DNA of 64,000 bases from a bacterium (GTDB lineage: Bacteria; Patescibacteriota; Minisyncoccia; Phycocordibacterales; UBA9973): NCBI GenBank assembly GCA_037127795.1, contig JBAXXQ010000001.1, forward strand, positions 405,198-469,197. The letters are read 5' to 3'. A program made the translations under genes and the position numbers. This document shows, piece by piece, positions 46,091 to 56,035 of the stretch. Position 1 is the stretch's first letter. The number at the start of each line of letters is the position of its first letter. Below the pieces are notes generated by a model. That model did not search any database and was not told the origin of the DNA. It saw nothing but the letters and a program-made list of their open reading frames with translations.

Positions 46091-46118
46091 ATTATATCAT
46101 GATTTATAAAAAATGCAA
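46091..46118 (-). promoter_or_regulatory. Sigma70-like promoter TTGCAT-16 nt-TATAAT for the small peptide gene
   Basis: Minus strand reads attGCATtttttataaatcatgaTATAAT. A short leader precedes the ATG at 46071. Confidence 0.5.
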
Positions 46119-46122
46119 TAAT

Positions 46123-46156
46123 AAAACCCTTACCGAAATACATCGATAAGGGTTTT
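46123..46156 (-). terminator. Rho-independent terminator after the ABC exporter gene
   Basis: aaaaccctta-ccgaaatacatcga-taagggtttt (10-bp stem), with a T-run on the minus strand. Confidence 0.6.
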
Positions 46157-46173
46157 AAAGAACATGTAATACA

Positions 46174-47988
46174 TTATTTTCCAAAAGCATCAGCTTGTAA
46201 TTTATATAACTCGGCATATCTGCCGTTTTTATTATATAAATATTCATGATTTCCATGTTCAATAATTGCTCCATTTTCAAGAACTATTATTTTTGAGGCC
46301 TGCTTAACAGTTGAAAAATTATGAGAAATAAGTATAACAATCTTATCTGCTGTTTTTTCTTCCAAATTTTGGAATATGGACTGAGTAGTTAATGCATCAA
46401 CAGAAGATGTCGGTTCGTCTAATACACAAACTAAAGCATCTCTATAAAAAATACGAGAAATAGCAATACGTTGGTGTTCCCCAACGGAAAGATCTGTTCC
46501 ATCACGAAACCCTTTCCAAATTAGCTGCTTGGTACCATTTTTTAATTTATCAACAAATGATTTTGCTCCAGCCATTTCGAGAGACCAATCCACTCTTTCA
46601 GTATTAATACTATATTCTCCTTTTCCTAATGCTACAGATTCTTCAGCAGAAACATTATATCTTCCATATGTCTGAAACATTACAGCCAAATATTTATGCC
46701 ATGTTTTGACATCAATATCTTTTAGATTTACTCCATCAACCAATATCATACCTTCAGTTGGGTCATAGACCCGGCAAAGTAATTTTATCAATGTTGTTTT
46801 TCCTGCACCACTAAGACCTACAATTGCCAACTTTTCAGCTGATCTAATAGTAAGATTTATATTCTGCAAAACTTTTACAGAAGAACCATCATAACTAAAA
46901 GAAACATTAACAAATTCTATGGTTGGAGGTTTTTTATACTCAGGGAAAATAGCATCTACATTTGAAACTATTATTGGTTTTGTTTCAAAAACATCAAACC
47001 AAATAGTTGCATATTGGTTCGCATCTTGCAAAACAACAAGACTCCCAAAAAAATTACTCATTGAACCATAAAAATTATTATATGCTGAAAAACAAAAAAC
47101 CATAGAACCAATAGGTAGTAATCCAGCAAGACCTTTTTGTAAAATAATAATACCTGCAAGTAAACTGAAAATAACAGTATATATTCTCAATAATGTTTGC
47201 GATAAATTCTTTCTACTCTGAAGACTTATTATTTTTACATCCTCTGCGTCCATATGATCAGCGACCTCATGAACAAATTTCGAAGAAGAATTAAACATAT
47301 TTAACTCAATAAGATAATATTGAGACATAAATAAGCCCATTCTATTTTGAATAATTCTCTTTGAGTCAGTATTCAACCTTCTAATTCTAAAAAGTTTCCT
47401 ACTATATTTTCGCTCAACATAATACAAAGGAGCTGCAGACAAAAGTGCTAAAATAGCCAAATGAAAATCAATAGATATAAGTATACATAACGTAACACTT
47501 ATAGCAATAAGTGCAGAAATTATATTACAATTTTGATTTATCATTGAGAATATAGCACCCTTTCCCCACTCATTCCCTTGTTGAATTTTTGATTGATACT
47601 CACTAGATTCAAGTGTCGCAGCATCTAAACTAGATTGTTTTTGAGAAAATATTTTTTGAATACCTGTCATAAACCTTTCAGAAAATACAATTTCAAAATA
47701 TTTTTCCCATACACCCAGCACTGCTGGAATAAAAAAGGAAGCAAGTAATAGTAATATGTATGGTAATAATAAATGTACTATAGATAAAATACTAAGATCT
47801 TGAAACCCTTGTACTTTTATAATATATACAACCTTATTAACCAACAAACTAAACGAACCAATAGAGATAAGAGGTGTTAGACCTGTCAGAATAGACAAGA
47901 TAACAAATCCCCAAAAAGGCTTAGGTGCAATTTTCGCACCTAACACAAAAGATTTAACTGATATATGCATCAGACTTTTTTTCTTCAT
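46174..47988 (-). CDS. ABC transporter permease/ATP-binding fusion protein (exporter type)
   Basis: N-terminal 6-TM domain. C-terminal NBD with Walker A GLSGAGKTT, signature LSVGEHQRIAISR, and Walker B LVCVLDEPTS. Confidence 0.8.
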   Translation of the reverse strand: MKKKSLMHISVKSFVLGAKIAPKPFWGFVILSILTGLTPLISIGSFSLLVNKVVYIIKVQGFQDLSILSIVHLLLPYILLLLASFFIPAVLGVWEKYFEIVFSERFMTGIQKIFSQKQSSLDAATLESSEYQSKIQQGNEWGKGAIFSMINQNCNIISALIAISVTLCILISIDFHLAILALLSAAPLYYVERKYSRKLFRIRRLNTDSKRIIQNRMGLFMSQYYLIELNMFNSSSKFVHEVADHMDAEDVKIISLQSRKNLSQTLLRIYTVIFSLLAGIIILQKGLAGLLPIGSMVFCFSAYNNFYGSMSNFFGSLVVLQDANQYATIWFDVFETKPIIVSNVDAIFPEYKKPPTIEFVNVSFSYDGSSVKVLQNINLTIRSAEKLAIVGLSGAGKTTLIKLLCRVYDPTEGMILVDGVNLKDIDVKTWHKYLAVMFQTYGRYNVSAEESVALGKGEYSINTERVDWSLEMAGAKSFVDKLKNGTKQLIWKGFRDGTDLSVGEHQRIAISRIFYRDALVCVLDEPTSSVDALTTQSIFQNLEEKTADKIVILISHNFSTVKQASKIIVLENGAIIEHGNHEYLYNKNGRYAELYKLQADAFGK

Positions 47989-48027
47989 AATATATTTTTT
48001 ATTTTTTTGTAAATGTTGTTTATATAA

Positions 48028-48056
48028 ATAATAGCATATTTATATACAAAAGTCAA
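48028..48056 (-). promoter_or_regulatory. Sigma70-like promoter TTGACT-17 nt-TATTAT upstream of the second ABC gene
   Basis: Minus strand reads acTTGACTtttgtatataaatatgcTATTAT. A 30-nt block is nearly identical to 17242..17270. Confidence 0.45.
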
Positions 48057-48063
48057 GTACTTT

Positions 48064-49863
48064 TTATTGCATCAATATTTGATTTTTAATAAGTTTTTGA
48101 TATTCGTCGCAACGTTTTTCAAGCTCTACATGAGTACCACTATCTACTATCTCCCCTTTTGCTACAACAAAAATAATATCAGCATCCATAACAGTTGAAA
48201 GTCGGTGTGCAATTATTACTGTAGTGCGTCCTTTTGCACTTTTATTGATTGATTCATGAATAAGTTTTTCATTTATTGAATCGAGTGCGGATGTCGCTTC
48301 ATCAAAAATCAAAACCTTAGGCTCTTTAATAAGCGCTCGTGCAATACCTATTCTTTGACGCTCGCCACCAGAAACTTTTATACCACCCTCACCTATCATA
48401 GTATCAAGACCATGATCTTTGAGCTTTGCAACAAAATCATCAAGTGATGCATCGGATACAGCTTTTACAAGACGCTCTTCATCTACCTCTACCCCCATAG
48501 GAAGTCCAAATAAAATATTATCTCTAATACTTCTATCGAACAAATCAATCTTTTGCTCAACATTACCTATCTGTGATCGCAACCAGTGCAAATCAAGATC
48601 TTTTATACTTACATCATCTATAAGAATCTCTCCTTTTATTACTTCATAATAACGGCGCATTAGATTAACAATTGTTGATTTACCAGATCCAGAAACACCG
48701 ACAAAACCAATTTTTGCACCAGCAGGTATAACAAAGTTTATATTTTCTAAAGTACTTTCTTCTTCTTTATCTACCTCGACTTCTTCTTCCTCTTCTTTTG
48801 CACTCTTACGATACGGGTACGCAAAATTAACATTTTTAAATTCAATTTTTCCAGCAAAATTTTCTATTTTTTTACCACCAATATTTGGATTGATATCAGG
48901 CGCAATATCCAACAAATCAAAATACTTTTTTATTTCTACTATCTGGAAAAGCATTCGGCGTTGATAATTCATTATCATAACAAGGTTTGCAAAAATTGAA
49001 CTTGTCCAAGAAAAGAATGTTACAAACATTCCCGTAGAATGATCCCCAATCAATATTAAATATACGCCAATAGAGAGTGTGGCATATTGCCCTATAGTGA
49101 TTATATATTTATGACCATAAAAAAATTTCAAATAATCAAGCCAGGTCTTTTTTGTAAAATTAGTTACCTGTGTATAGGCAGTATCAAAATCGTTAAACGT
49201 TTTTTCTTCTTGTCCTTCTGCAATTACAAGAGTTGCATTTCTATACAACTCAGACTGCAATTTTGATTGCCCTTGATTTTTCTTACGAATTTCTCCTACA
49301 ACAGGGAATATCTTTTTATTTCTACGTAGTGATACAAGTACATACATAAGTACGAATGCAAGAGCGGTACCAGCAATACGCCAATCAAAACACGCAAGTA
49401 TTACCAAAGTTACCAATATCTGCAAAACAGCTTGCAACATATTATAAAATATGTCATTAAACATATTTATTAATGAATTTTGTCCTTTATTTACAATAGT
49501 TTGTTTTACACCAGAATGCTCATTGGTGTGTTGTCCAATAGAAAATTCAAGCATCTTTTTAAGAGATATAGACGAAAGTGCTTGATCTATATTATCGTCG
49601 AGATATTTAATATCAACATACTCTTTTAGGTGCCACAAAATCTGCGACTGAATAACAGTAAGTAAAAAAGAAATACCTAGAAAAATAAAAGTTAAACGAA
49701 CATTATGATGAATAACAGCATCAACACCCTTACCAAATAAATACGGTGAAAACGCAGAAAAAATCTGAACAATAATCAATATTACTGTTGTTATAATAAA
49801 ATATTTCCAAAAAGGTTTAAAGAAATAAATTACTCTTTTAAAAAAAGATTTTTCTACTTTCAT
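48064..49863 (-). CDS. ABC transporter permease/ATP-binding fusion protein (exporter type), likely the heterodimer partner
   Basis: TM domain plus NBD with GVSGSGKSTIVNLM, LSGGERQRIGIARAL and VLIFDEATSALD. An acidic insert (EEEEEVEVDKEEE) precedes Walker A. Confidence 0.8.
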   Translation of the reverse strand: MKVEKSFFKRVIYFFKPFWKYFIITTVILIIVQIFSAFSPYLFGKGVDAVIHHNVRLTFIFLGISFLLTVIQSQILWHLKEYVDIKYLDDNIDQALSSISLKKMLEFSIGQHTNEHSGVKQTIVNKGQNSLINMFNDIFYNMLQAVLQILVTLVILACFDWRIAGTALAFVLMYVLVSLRRNKKIFPVVGEIRKKNQGQSKLQSELYRNATLVIAEGQEEKTFNDFDTAYTQVTNFTKKTWLDYLKFFYGHKYIITIGQYATLSIGVYLILIGDHSTGMFVTFFSWTSSIFANLVMIMNYQRRMLFQIVEIKKYFDLLDIAPDINPNIGGKKIENFAGKIEFKNVNFAYPYRKSAKEEEEEVEVDKEEESTLENINFVIPAGAKIGFVGVSGSGKSTIVNLMRRYYEVIKGEILIDDVSIKDLDLHWLRSQIGNVEQKIDLFDRSIRDNILFGLPMGVEVDEERLVKAVSDASLDDFVAKLKDHGLDTMIGEGGIKVSGGERQRIGIARALIKEPKVLIFDEATSALDSINEKLIHESINKSAKGRTTVIIAHRLSTVMDADIIFVVAKGEIVDSGTHVELEKRCDEYQKLIKNQILMQ

Positions 49864-49865
49864 TT

Positions 49866-50864
49866 TTATATACTCAACCCTACTGCGCTATACACCTCTC
49901 CTATTTTCTTTTGAGCGATTTCGTTTGCACGGGCTGCGCCTTTAGCGAGAATTTCTTGGACAAGCTCTGGGTGTGATTCGTAGTATGCACGTTTTTCGCG
50001 CATAGGTTGTACAAAGTCTATAATATCTTTACTAAGCATCTTTTTTGCATCCCCATAACCAAGTCCTTTGGTATATTGCGCCCGGAGCTCATCTGAAGTA
50101 TTGAACAGTTTATGTATTTGATACAAAACCAAATCATCAGGATTTTTTTCATCATCGCGACCTTGTGAATCTGTGACAATACTCATTACCGCTTTGGTAA
50201 TTTCTTCGTCAGTACCAAAAAGAGGAATGGTGTTGTTGTAGCTTTTTGACATCTTTTGCCCATCTACACCAGGGACCACAGCCACACTTTCCAATACGAG
50301 TTCATTGGGTAATACAAAAGATTCTCCGTATTGATGGTTGTATTTGCCTGCTATGTCACGAGTATATTCGATATGCTGCTTTTGATCTTTTCCTACAGGG
50401 ACCACATCTGCATCGTAGAGTAATATATCTGCTGCCATAAGTACTGGGTAATTGAAAAGTCCCATACCAGGCTCTATATCACGAGCGACAGCATCTTTGT
50501 ACGCATGTGCACGCATCATAAATGGTACTGTCACCAAGGTATCAAAAATCCAACAGAGCTGTGTGTGTGCAGGGACAGCAGATTGTTTAAAAAGTACTAC
50601 AGACTCTGGATCAAGCCCGATAGCGAGATAGTCGAGCACGAGATCATAGGTGTGCTTTTGCATAGTGTCTTTGTCTTGTACAGAATTGAGCGCATGGAGA
50701 TCTGCGACAAATACAAAACTCTCGTATTCGTGTTGTAAATCAACAAATTGCTTCATTGCGCCAAAATAATTACCAATATGAGGACGACCTGTTGGTTTTA
50801 CTCCTGAAATAAGACGTTTTTTGGCACCTGATGAGTTTTGTATAGATGTGGATTGCATGTGCAT
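49866..50864 (-). CDS. trpS: Tryptophanyl-tRNA synthetase
   Basis: ISGVKPTGRPHIGNYFGA (HIGH-like) and GQKMSKSYNN (KMSKS). ~330 aa. Confidence 0.85.
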   Translation of the reverse strand: MHMQSTSIQNSSGAKKRLISGVKPTGRPHIGNYFGAMKQFVDLQHEYESFVFVADLHALNSVQDKDTMQKHTYDLVLDYLAIGLDPESVVLFKQSAVPAHTQLCWIFDTLVTVPFMMRAHAYKDAVARDIEPGMGLFNYPVLMAADILLYDADVVPVGKDQKQHIEYTRDIAGKYNHQYGESFVLPNELVLESVAVVPGVDGQKMSKSYNNTIPLFGTDEEITKAVMSIVTDSQGRDDEKNPDDLVLYQIHKLFNTSDELRAQYTKGLGYGDAKKMLSKDIIDFVQPMREKRAYYESHPELVQEILAKGAARANEIAQKKIGEVYSAVGLSI

Positions 50865-50916
50865 ATAGTACCAAAAATGGTGGATTTTTGAAAGTACAGA
50901 AAGGTGCTACAATCCT

Positions 50917-52314
50917 ATGTACATGGCAAACCAGAACCAACAACACATAAAGAACGCAACACTTCGTGTCCCTCCACACGACCTCCAAAGTGAACAAGCG
51001 GTACTTGGTGCCCTTATGCTCCGTGCAAATGCAATGCACGATATTGCAGACATGATCACCAAAGAAATGTTTTATGCCAAAAAGCACAACATGATCTTTC
51101 AAGCGATTCTTGATCTTTCTATAAAAAATGAACCTGTCGATATTCTCTCTCTTGCAACAAAACTAAAAGAAAAGAAACAACTCGAAGATGTCGGCGGGAA
51201 TTCATATCTGAACGAACTCCTCAATACTGTCCCTTCTACGGTAAACATCCGCCACTACGGAGAAACAGTGTACAAAAAATTCATCATGCGTTCTCTCATC
51301 GAAGCAGCTGATCAAATTGCGCAAGTATCATACGAAGAAAATGAAATGGATGTATCTGACTTGCTCGACATTGCAGAAAAAAATATTTTCAAAGTATCAC
51401 AGAGCTTTAGTAAAAAAGGTGCATTCACTTCTATCAAACAATCCCTCCTCGAAACATGGGAACAGCTCGAATACCTTCGCGAACACAAAGACGAAGTACG
51501 CGGTGTCTCTACAGGTTTTGCGGATTTTGATAATCTCACTGCAGGGCTACAAAAATCAGACCTTATTATCCTTGCTGCTCGTCCAAGTATGGGTAAGACA
51601 ACATTTGCGCTTGATATAGCTCGTAATGTTGCCCTCTCTGGCAAAAGTGTAGGTATTTTCTCACTGGAAATGAGTGCACAACAACTTGTACAACGTATGC
51701 TCTCTGCTGAGAGTCGTATCGATGCGTGGAGTATCCGTACTGGACACGGCCTCTCACCACAACACTTTGGAGTCCTTCAAGAAGCAGCATCACGCCTACA
51801 AAAAGCACCTATCTATATAGATGACCAAGCTGGAAACAGTATTGTCAAAATGCGCTCTGTTGCACGACGTTTAAAAAGTGAGCACGGTCTTGATCTGATT
51901 GTTGTCGATTACTTGCAGCTTATGACAACCAGCAAAAACTACGACAGTATGGTGAACCAAGTGACCGAGATTTCTCGCTCTCTCAAAGGGCTTGCTCGTG
52001 AACTCGATGTTCCAGTACTTGCCCTCTCACAGCTTTCTCGTGAAGTTGAAAAACGTGGAGGCCGCCCTCGCCTTTCAGACCTTCGAGACTCTGGATCTAT
52101 CGAGCAGGACGCGGACTTGGTAATGTTTATTCACCGTGAAGACCGTTACAAAGAAGCAGCAGAAAAAGACAACATCACTGAGATCCTTATCGAAAAGCAC
52201 CGTAATGGACCTGTCGGCATGGTACAGCTCCTCTTCGACGGCAAAACAACATCATTCCTCAATATTGATAAAAGCAAGCTTCCTGTACAAGCCCGCTCTC
52301 TAAACGATTTCTAA
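50917..52314 (+). CDS. dnaB: Replicative DNA helicase DnaB
   Basis: N-terminal PPHDLQSEQAVLGALML, Walker A AARPSMGKTTFALD, then LSQLSREVE.. and the RecA-like core. Confidence 0.9.
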   Translation: MYMANQNQQHIKNATLRVPPHDLQSEQAVLGALMLRANAMHDIADMITKEMFYAKKHNMIFQAILDLSIKNEPVDILSLATKLKEKKQLEDVGGNSYLNELLNTVPSTVNIRHYGETVYKKFIMRSLIEAADQIAQVSYEENEMDVSDLLDIAEKNIFKVSQSFSKKGAFTSIKQSLLETWEQLEYLREHKDEVRGVSTGFADFDNLTAGLQKSDLIILAARPSMGKTTFALDIARNVALSGKSVGIFSLEMSAQQLVQRMLSAESRIDAWSIRTGHGLSPQHFGVLQEAASRLQKAPIYIDDQAGNSIVKMRSVARRLKSEHGLDLIVVDYLQLMTTSKNYDSMVNQVTEISRSLKGLARELDVPVLALSQLSREVEKRGGRPRLSDLRDSGSIEQDADLVMFIHREDRYKEAAEKDNITEILIEKHRNGPVGMVQLLFDGKTTSFLNIDKSKLPVQARSLNDF

Positions 52315-52315
52315 T

Positions 52316-52915
52316 ATGGAAAATACTATTGAACAACTCGCGCAACTTTTTTTGAAATTCCCCGGTATTGGTAATCGTCAAGCAAAACGTTTTGCGCATT
52401 TTATTGCAAGCCAACCAGAAGGCTATGTATACACCCTCGCAGATACACTCACCAAAGCTCGCGCCAATGCGCACACCTGTACCCTTTGTAAAAGAATTTT
52501 TGAAGGAAATCCTGGTATATGCCAAATCTGTACCGATATCAAAAAAGATCCAAGCTGTATTGTTGTTGTAGAAAAATCCCCCGACATTGATGCATTCAGA
52601 AAAACAGATTATAACGGTATATTTTTTGTACTTGGTGGACTTATCCCTATAGTACAAAAAGACATTCTCCAAGGGACCAATATCACCCTTTTGACCAATC
52701 GTATAAAAACAGATACCAAAGTGCACGAAGTTATTCTTGCGTTCCCACTAACCCCCAATGGTGACCATACAGACAGTGTGGTACGCGAAATCATCGCAAA
52801 GCTTGAGCTCCCTCATATCAAAATATCTTCTCTTGGTCGCGGACTCGCCTCAGGGACCGAGCTCGAATACGCAGATCCGTACTCACTGAACGCCTCACTC
52901 AAAAAACGAGAATAA
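52316..52915 (+). CDS. recR: Recombination protein RecR
   Basis: HhH LAQLFLKFPGIGNRQAKRFA, C4 zinc finger CTLCKRI..CQIC, and the Toprim domain. Confidence 0.85.
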   Translation: MENTIEQLAQLFLKFPGIGNRQAKRFAHFIASQPEGYVYTLADTLTKARANAHTCTLCKRIFEGNPGICQICTDIKKDPSCIVVVEKSPDIDAFRKTDYNGIFFVLGGLIPIVQKDILQGTNITLLTNRIKTDTKVHEVILAFPLTPNGDHTDSVVREIIAKLELPHIKISSLGRGLASGTELEYADPYSLNASLKKRE

Positions 52916-52952
52916 AAAAATCTTCACTATAGTGAAGATTTTTTTATAAGAA

Positions 52953-53336
52953 TTATTTTATAGAATTGATTACTACTTTGAGGTGTGGTTGTTTGTGACC
53001 ATTCTTTTTGAAGTAACGACTCTTTTGGAGGTATTTGATAACAATCAATTTTGGATTGCGGCCTACAACAGCAACAGTTCCTTTTACTTGCATACCAGAG
53101 ATGTGTGGTGTACCGATAAGAGTATCTTTTCCATCATCAAAAAGAAGTACATCCGGGAAAACAATTTCGTCACCTTTTTTGTATTCTCCTCCTTCTGGAG
53201 TAAGAACTTTTTCGATAGTGATAGTGTCACCTACAGCAACTTTGTATTGCTTGCCGCCGGCTTTAATAACAGCAAAATCTGCTTGTTCTGCTACCTCCTT
53301 TTTTGATACTTTTGTTGTTGTTTTTGCTGTTGCCAT
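52953..53336 (-). CDS. rplU: 50S ribosomal protein L21
   Basis: AVIKAGGKQYKVAVGDTITIEK and the KVLLF... pattern of bL21, with an N-terminal basic extension. Confidence 0.8.
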   Translation of the reverse strand: MATAKTTTKVSKKEVAEQADFAVIKAGGKQYKVAVGDTITIEKVLTPEGGEYKKGDEIVFPDVLLFDDGKDTLIGTPHISGMQVKGTVAVVGRNPKLIVIKYLQKSRYFKKNGHKQPHLKVVINSIK

Positions 53337-53375
53337 AAATTCTTATATAAATTTGGGTAAATTAAATGTCAGAGT

Positions 53376-53403
53376 AGTATACTCTTTTTTTTAAAAAATG
53401 CAA
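53376..53403 (-). promoter_or_regulatory. Sigma70-like promoter TTGCAT-16 nt-TATACT for rplU
   Basis: Minus strand reads attGCATtttttaaaaaaaagagTATACT, about 35 nt upstream of the rplU ATG. Confidence 0.45.
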
Positions 53404-53430
53404 TATCTATCCAATAGGTTCAATAAAATA

Positions 53431-53454
53431 GCCCTGTTTTAAATAAAACAGGGC
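53431..53454. terminator. Perfect 10-bp hairpin (gccctgtttt-aaat-aaaacagggc). Possibly a terminator for the minus-strand helicase transcript.
   Basis: Lies between the helicase stop and the rplU promoter. Flanked by A/T tracts. Confidence 0.4.
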
Positions 53455-53523
53455 CCCAGAGATCAGAATAGGATACGCGACGTTAGAGTAGTACAACAAA
53501 CGGCACATAACAACACATCATAT

Positions 53524-53697
53524 ATAAAGAACTATTTTTTTAAAAAATGGCACGAGATATTTCGCTCGTGCCCCATAGTCTACAGCACGCCAGAAAACTA
53601 AACAATACTGTACTGAACAGAATTACAATCTACCAACTTCCAAATTTCTTTAGAAGCTGGATAAATTGGCGAAGGATAAAAATCCTTCGCCCCTTAG
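53524..53697 (+). repeat. Composite repeat unit 1: hairpin A (53548-53571, ggcacgag-atatttcg-ctcgtgcc) plus hairpin B (53669-53692, ggcgaagga-taaaaa-tccttcgcc), with conserved flanks
   Basis: Shares the 28-nt core tggcacgagatatttcgctcgtgcccca and the ...atctaccaa..ttccaaa...ctggataaattggcgaagg.aaaaat.ccttcgcccc module with the unit at 55745..55932. Confidence 0.6.
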
Positions 53698-53762
53698 TGA
53701 GGACTAATGAGCAAAACAGAAGATTACTGGACCACTGGACACCATAGCATACAACTATTATA

Positions 53763-55565
53763 TTATTTCTTAAATAATTTTATACCCTCTTGTACAGCTT
53801 GGTCAAAAGTTATTTCACTTTTGTATGCAGACTGCAACCATTTTGGAAGACCACCAAAAGTAAATCTTCTAAACTGCTGAGACATAAGGAATATACACCC
53901 CTTATCATTTACAGAACGTATAGTTCTTCCACGTGCTTGCAGCATTTTTGTTATAACACGCCAAGTCCATAACGCCCACCTCATATTTCCAAAACGCTTT
54001 TCTTCAAATTGCGCTTGTGGATCAGCAGGCCCAGGATATCCAGGACGTAAATAAAATGTAAAACCTGCAGCGCCATCAGGCAAATCGATACCCTCACCAT
54101 ATTGAGCTTCTGTACCGATAAGCACATCGCCATGTCCTTCACGAAATTTTCGTACGGCCTCGCGAGCAGAAAAATTTTCATTATAGCTTGTAACTACAAC
54201 TCCTTCTTCTGCGGCAAACTTAATACATTGATTACGCTCTTCATCAGATACCACAATAATCAAAGACCTGATTCCGTTTTGCTTCCCAATACTAACACCT
54301 CGCAACATTTTACGAATAGTACGATTTTTATCATTTCGACTCATTCCCTTTATTGATAAATCAGGAACGTCTTTAGGCATAAAAATCTTTGTATGAGAAA
54401 GTGGAAAATCAGACTCTAGGTCAACGAAATCTCCATCAATCCCCGTGTCTCGTGACAAGATACTAGGATCTCTACCAATAGTTGCAGACATAGCCATATA
54501 CTTTTCTGGTAATAGTTTGGTTCTAGTAAGTCCTGCAATTGCATAACTTTTAATAGTGAGGATATATTGAGATTTACGATCATCAACTTTTTCACTATTC
54601 CAAAAACCAAACACATACGAAAGAGGTTTTTTTTCTTTACCCTCAAGAGCAAACTCTAAACTTTTTACATACCTGTATAATGCACCAGTAAATTCATCTA
54701 ATGCTTTTAAAAGCTCTCTATCAGAAACAGGATTTACCCTCTTTTCTTTAATAGCTTTTTTGATTTTTTCATCAATGCGCTCTCTTTTAATTTTTAATAA
54801 AATCTTTAAAAGTTCGCGCAAATCATCATCTTGCAATAGTTGTGTACGAGATCCAGATTCATAATTACGTAATATGCGAATCATAGTATCAGAGAAATCT
54901 CTAATATGTTTCGCTTCAGTTCGACATTCAATACTACAAAGTAATTCCCAAAATTGCTCAAGGGAGGTATCTGTAATATTGTAGTGCAGCATACTACGTA
55001 TAGAATTTGCCCATTTATGAACCTCATCTATAACAATAGCTTCAGGCATTTCTTTTCTTCCAAGCGCTTCGTAAAAATAATAATGTGTAGTACACGCTAC
55101 TATTTCACTTTTACGAGAAAGATACTTTGCTTGAAAATACGGACACGGTTTTACACCTTGCTCGTATGTTTCGCCTGTTTCCAAATTGACACGGTGTGGG
55201 CATTCTTTTAAAAGACCACAAGGTACCTGATCTGCTTTGTATGAATCTACATAATATAGACAATCATACTCATTTCTCCCATACACTGCCGATACTTGTG
55301 GATACAACGTAACCACATTATCTACCAATGTTTTATTTGGGCAAACAAAAAATCCATTTTTACCAGCTGCATTTGTTTTCAAAAATGCATACCCGAGACT
55401 TGTTTTACCAGTCCCTGTTGGTGCTTGTACTAACATTTTATTACTGTCTGGCATTTTTTGTAATACCAAAAGTTGATTTGGGCGAGGTTCATCATGAGCC
55501 TGCTTAAAATTTGCCAAGAAAAGATCTAACGTCTTTTTCTCAGACTGATGTTTCTGATGTTGCAT
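53763..55565 (-). CDS. DinG/XPD (Rad3)-family ATP-dependent DNA helicase with an Fe-S cluster domain
   Basis: Walker A QAPTGTGKTSLGY. Four-Cys cluster YDCLYYVD..PCGLLKECP..PCPYF between motifs I and II. DEAH box IVIDEVHKW. C-terminal helicase motifs (GTEAQYGEGID, RGRTIRS). Confidence 0.7.
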   Translation of the reverse strand: MQHQKHQSEKKTLDLFLANFKQAHDEPRPNQLLVLQKMPDSNKMLVQAPTGTGKTSLGYAFLKTNAAGKNGFFVCPNKTLVDNVVTLYPQVSAVYGRNEYDCLYYVDSYKADQVPCGLLKECPHRVNLETGETYEQGVKPCPYFQAKYLSRKSEIVACTTHYYFYEALGRKEMPEAIVIDEVHKWANSIRSMLHYNITDTSLEQFWELLCSIECRTEAKHIRDFSDTMIRILRNYESGSRTQLLQDDDLRELLKILLKIKRERIDEKIKKAIKEKRVNPVSDRELLKALDEFTGALYRYVKSLEFALEGKEKKPLSYVFGFWNSEKVDDRKSQYILTIKSYAIAGLTRTKLLPEKYMAMSATIGRDPSILSRDTGIDGDFVDLESDFPLSHTKIFMPKDVPDLSIKGMSRNDKNRTIRKMLRGVSIGKQNGIRSLIIVVSDEERNQCIKFAAEEGVVVTSYNENFSAREAVRKFREGHGDVLIGTEAQYGEGIDLPDGAAGFTFYLRPGYPGPADPQAQFEEKRFGNMRWALWTWRVITKMLQARGRTIRSVNDKGCIFLMSQQFRRFTFGGLPKWLQSAYKSEITFDQAVQEGIKLFKK

Positions 55566-55639
55566 GTTTTACATTTTTAATTGTGAAAAGAACTAAAATC
55601 TAAAGGTATACAATAAAAGTATTCTATACCTTATAAATT

Positions 55640-55662
55640 GGCGAAGAAAAAAAATCTTCGCC
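55640..55662 (+). repeat. Partial extra copy of the hairpin-B module (ggcgaaga-aaaaaaa-tcttcgcc), with the conserved ataaattggcgaag left flank
   Basis: Third occurrence of the B palindrome, 100 nt upstream of the helicase start. Confidence 0.5.
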
Positions 55663-55744
55663 CCAAGGGTAACTGGACATGGCTATGAGATGCGTCAGAT
55701 GACAGTAGCTGAGCATGCGCTAGGTTGCCAATTTTTAAATATAT

Positions 55745-55932
55745 AATAAAAGAACTTATTTTAAATTTTGGCACGAGATATTTCGCTCGTGCCCCAGAGA
55801 TGAGCTTAACCAAGAGAACAAAACCGTGCTGGGGAACGCTGGGCTCTACAACATAGTTTAATCTACCAATCTTCCAAACATAATTTGAAAAACTGGATAA
55901 ATTGGCGAAGGAAAAAATTCCTTCGCCCCACA
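55745..55932 (+). repeat. Composite repeat unit 2: hairpin A (55770-55793) plus hairpin B (55904-55927)
   Basis: Same modules and the same orientation as 53524..53697. Hairpin A is identical. Confidence 0.6.
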
Positions 55933-55988
55933 GATAGGTAAAGAATAACTAACAATTCAATACCTCACAAGACTTAACCGGATAAATT

Positions 55989-56015
55989 ACAGGAGAGTTT
56001 TTAAGGCTCTCCTGT
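55989..56015. terminator. Hairpin (acaggagag-tttttaagg-ctctcctgt) downstream of the 56036..56656 gene
   Basis: 9-bp perfect stem immediately after the stop codon of the minus-strand gene. Confidence 0.4.
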
Positions 56016-56035
56016 GTTTAATCTTTAATGTACAG

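Noticed and set aside
45865-53403. Repeated ~22-nt motif (a)tttataaaaaatgcaataat..: a candidate dispersed repeat or binding site.
   Set aside because: On the coding (minus) strand each copy resolves into a TTGCAT-16/17 nt-TATAAT/TATACT sigma70-type promoter placed just upstream of a start codon. They are annotated as promoters rather than as mobile or repeat elements.
53524-55932. CRISPR array candidate, because of the repeated short palindromes.
   Set aside because: There are only 2-3 copies, with irregular spacing of 100-2200 nt. The repeats are perfect palindromes embedded in longer conserved modules, not direct repeats separated by unique spacers. No cas genes are present.
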